Positions 63,487 to 64,000 of a stretch of 64,000 nucleotides of DNA are shown one piece after another. A model generated the notes under the pieces. That model did no database searches. It saw nothing but the letters and a program-made list of their open reading frames with translations, and was not told the DNA's origin. A program made the position numbers and the translations under genes. Position 1 is the stretch's first letter. Each line of letters starts with the position of its first letter. Origin of the DNA: Macrostomum lignano. Taxonomy: Eukaryota. The stretch spans positions 124,001-188,000 of the forward strand of contig NIVC01000660.1 in assembly GCA_002269645.1 (NCBI GenBank). The letters are read 5' to 3'.

Positions 63487-63880
63487 GAGCAAGATTTTAG
63501 CGCTACAAGCAAGATTTTAGCGCTACAGGCAACTTTTTAGCGCTATAAACAAGATTTTAGCGCTATAAGCAAGATTTTAGCGCCGCAAGCACGATTTTAG
63601 CGCCGCAAGCACGATTTTAGCGCCACAAGCAAGATTTTAGCGCCGCAAGCAAGATTTTAGCGCCGCAAGCACGATTTTAGCGCCACAAGCAAGATTTTAG
63701 CGCCGCAAGCACGATTTTAGCGCTACAAGCAAGATTTTAGCGCCACAGGCAACTTTGTAGCGCTATAAACAAGATTTTAGCGCCGCAAGCAAGATTTTAG
63801 CGCCGCAAGCACGATTTTAGCGCCACAAGCAAGATTTTAGCGCCGCAAGCACGATTTTAGCGCCACAAGCAAGATTTTAG
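63487..63880. repeat. 20-bp minisatellite (agcaagattttagcgcyrca)
   Basis: Direct tandem repetition. Confidence 0.95.
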
Positions 63881-64000
63881 CGTCATGGGTAAGGTTTTCG
63901 CGCCAATTTAGCCCTAAAAATTGAGTCTAAAGTTCCCTGTGTCATCGTATGTACGTTAAAATGTCAATACAGCTTTATCTCTGGCTTAATAGATAGGTTT

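Noticed and set aside
2098-63880. Tandem arrays as CRISPR arrays or repeat proteins
   Set aside because: There are no unique spacers and no cas genes, and the context is eukaryotic and intronic. The periodic ORFs are translations of minisatellites.
63461-63939. CAGGG...CCCTG ends around the 20-bp array as a hAT element
   Set aside because: Only 5 bp of terminal match and no 8-bp TSD.

Overview
This is a eukaryotic (invertebrate metazoan) genomic window with GT-AG introns, most of them filled by 14-72 bp minisatellites. That style suggests a repeat-rich flatworm such as Macrostomum, which is inference only. Five host genes are supported: a MUC13-like transmembrane mucin (PTS-EGF-SEA-EGF-EGF-TM, minus, 5' end not found), an intronless Cys-rich type I membrane protein (minus), TM9SF2 (plus, 7 exons), a FoxG-like forkhead gene (minus) and a PRC1/MAP65/Ase1 gene (plus, at least 8 exons). 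Positions 18.0-37.3 kb are a nest of mobile DNA. The standout is an 8.9-kb non-coding palindrome (18160-27060) with ~4.4-kb arms and a 75-bp structured spacer. It has ACTACT...AGTAGT termini and an exact 6-bp TSD (TGGGTG), and it splits the RNase H motif of a Gypsy pol. These are Polinton/Maverick-like hallmarks in a fully fold-back element. It is followed by the rest of the Gypsy pol, a LOA/R1-like LINE 5' half, a Penelope GIY-YIG end carrying a minimal hammerhead ribozyme, and two tandem Crypton-type (DUF3504-like) tyrosine recombinase sequences. Exon boundaries and family calls were made by eye; no database search was run.
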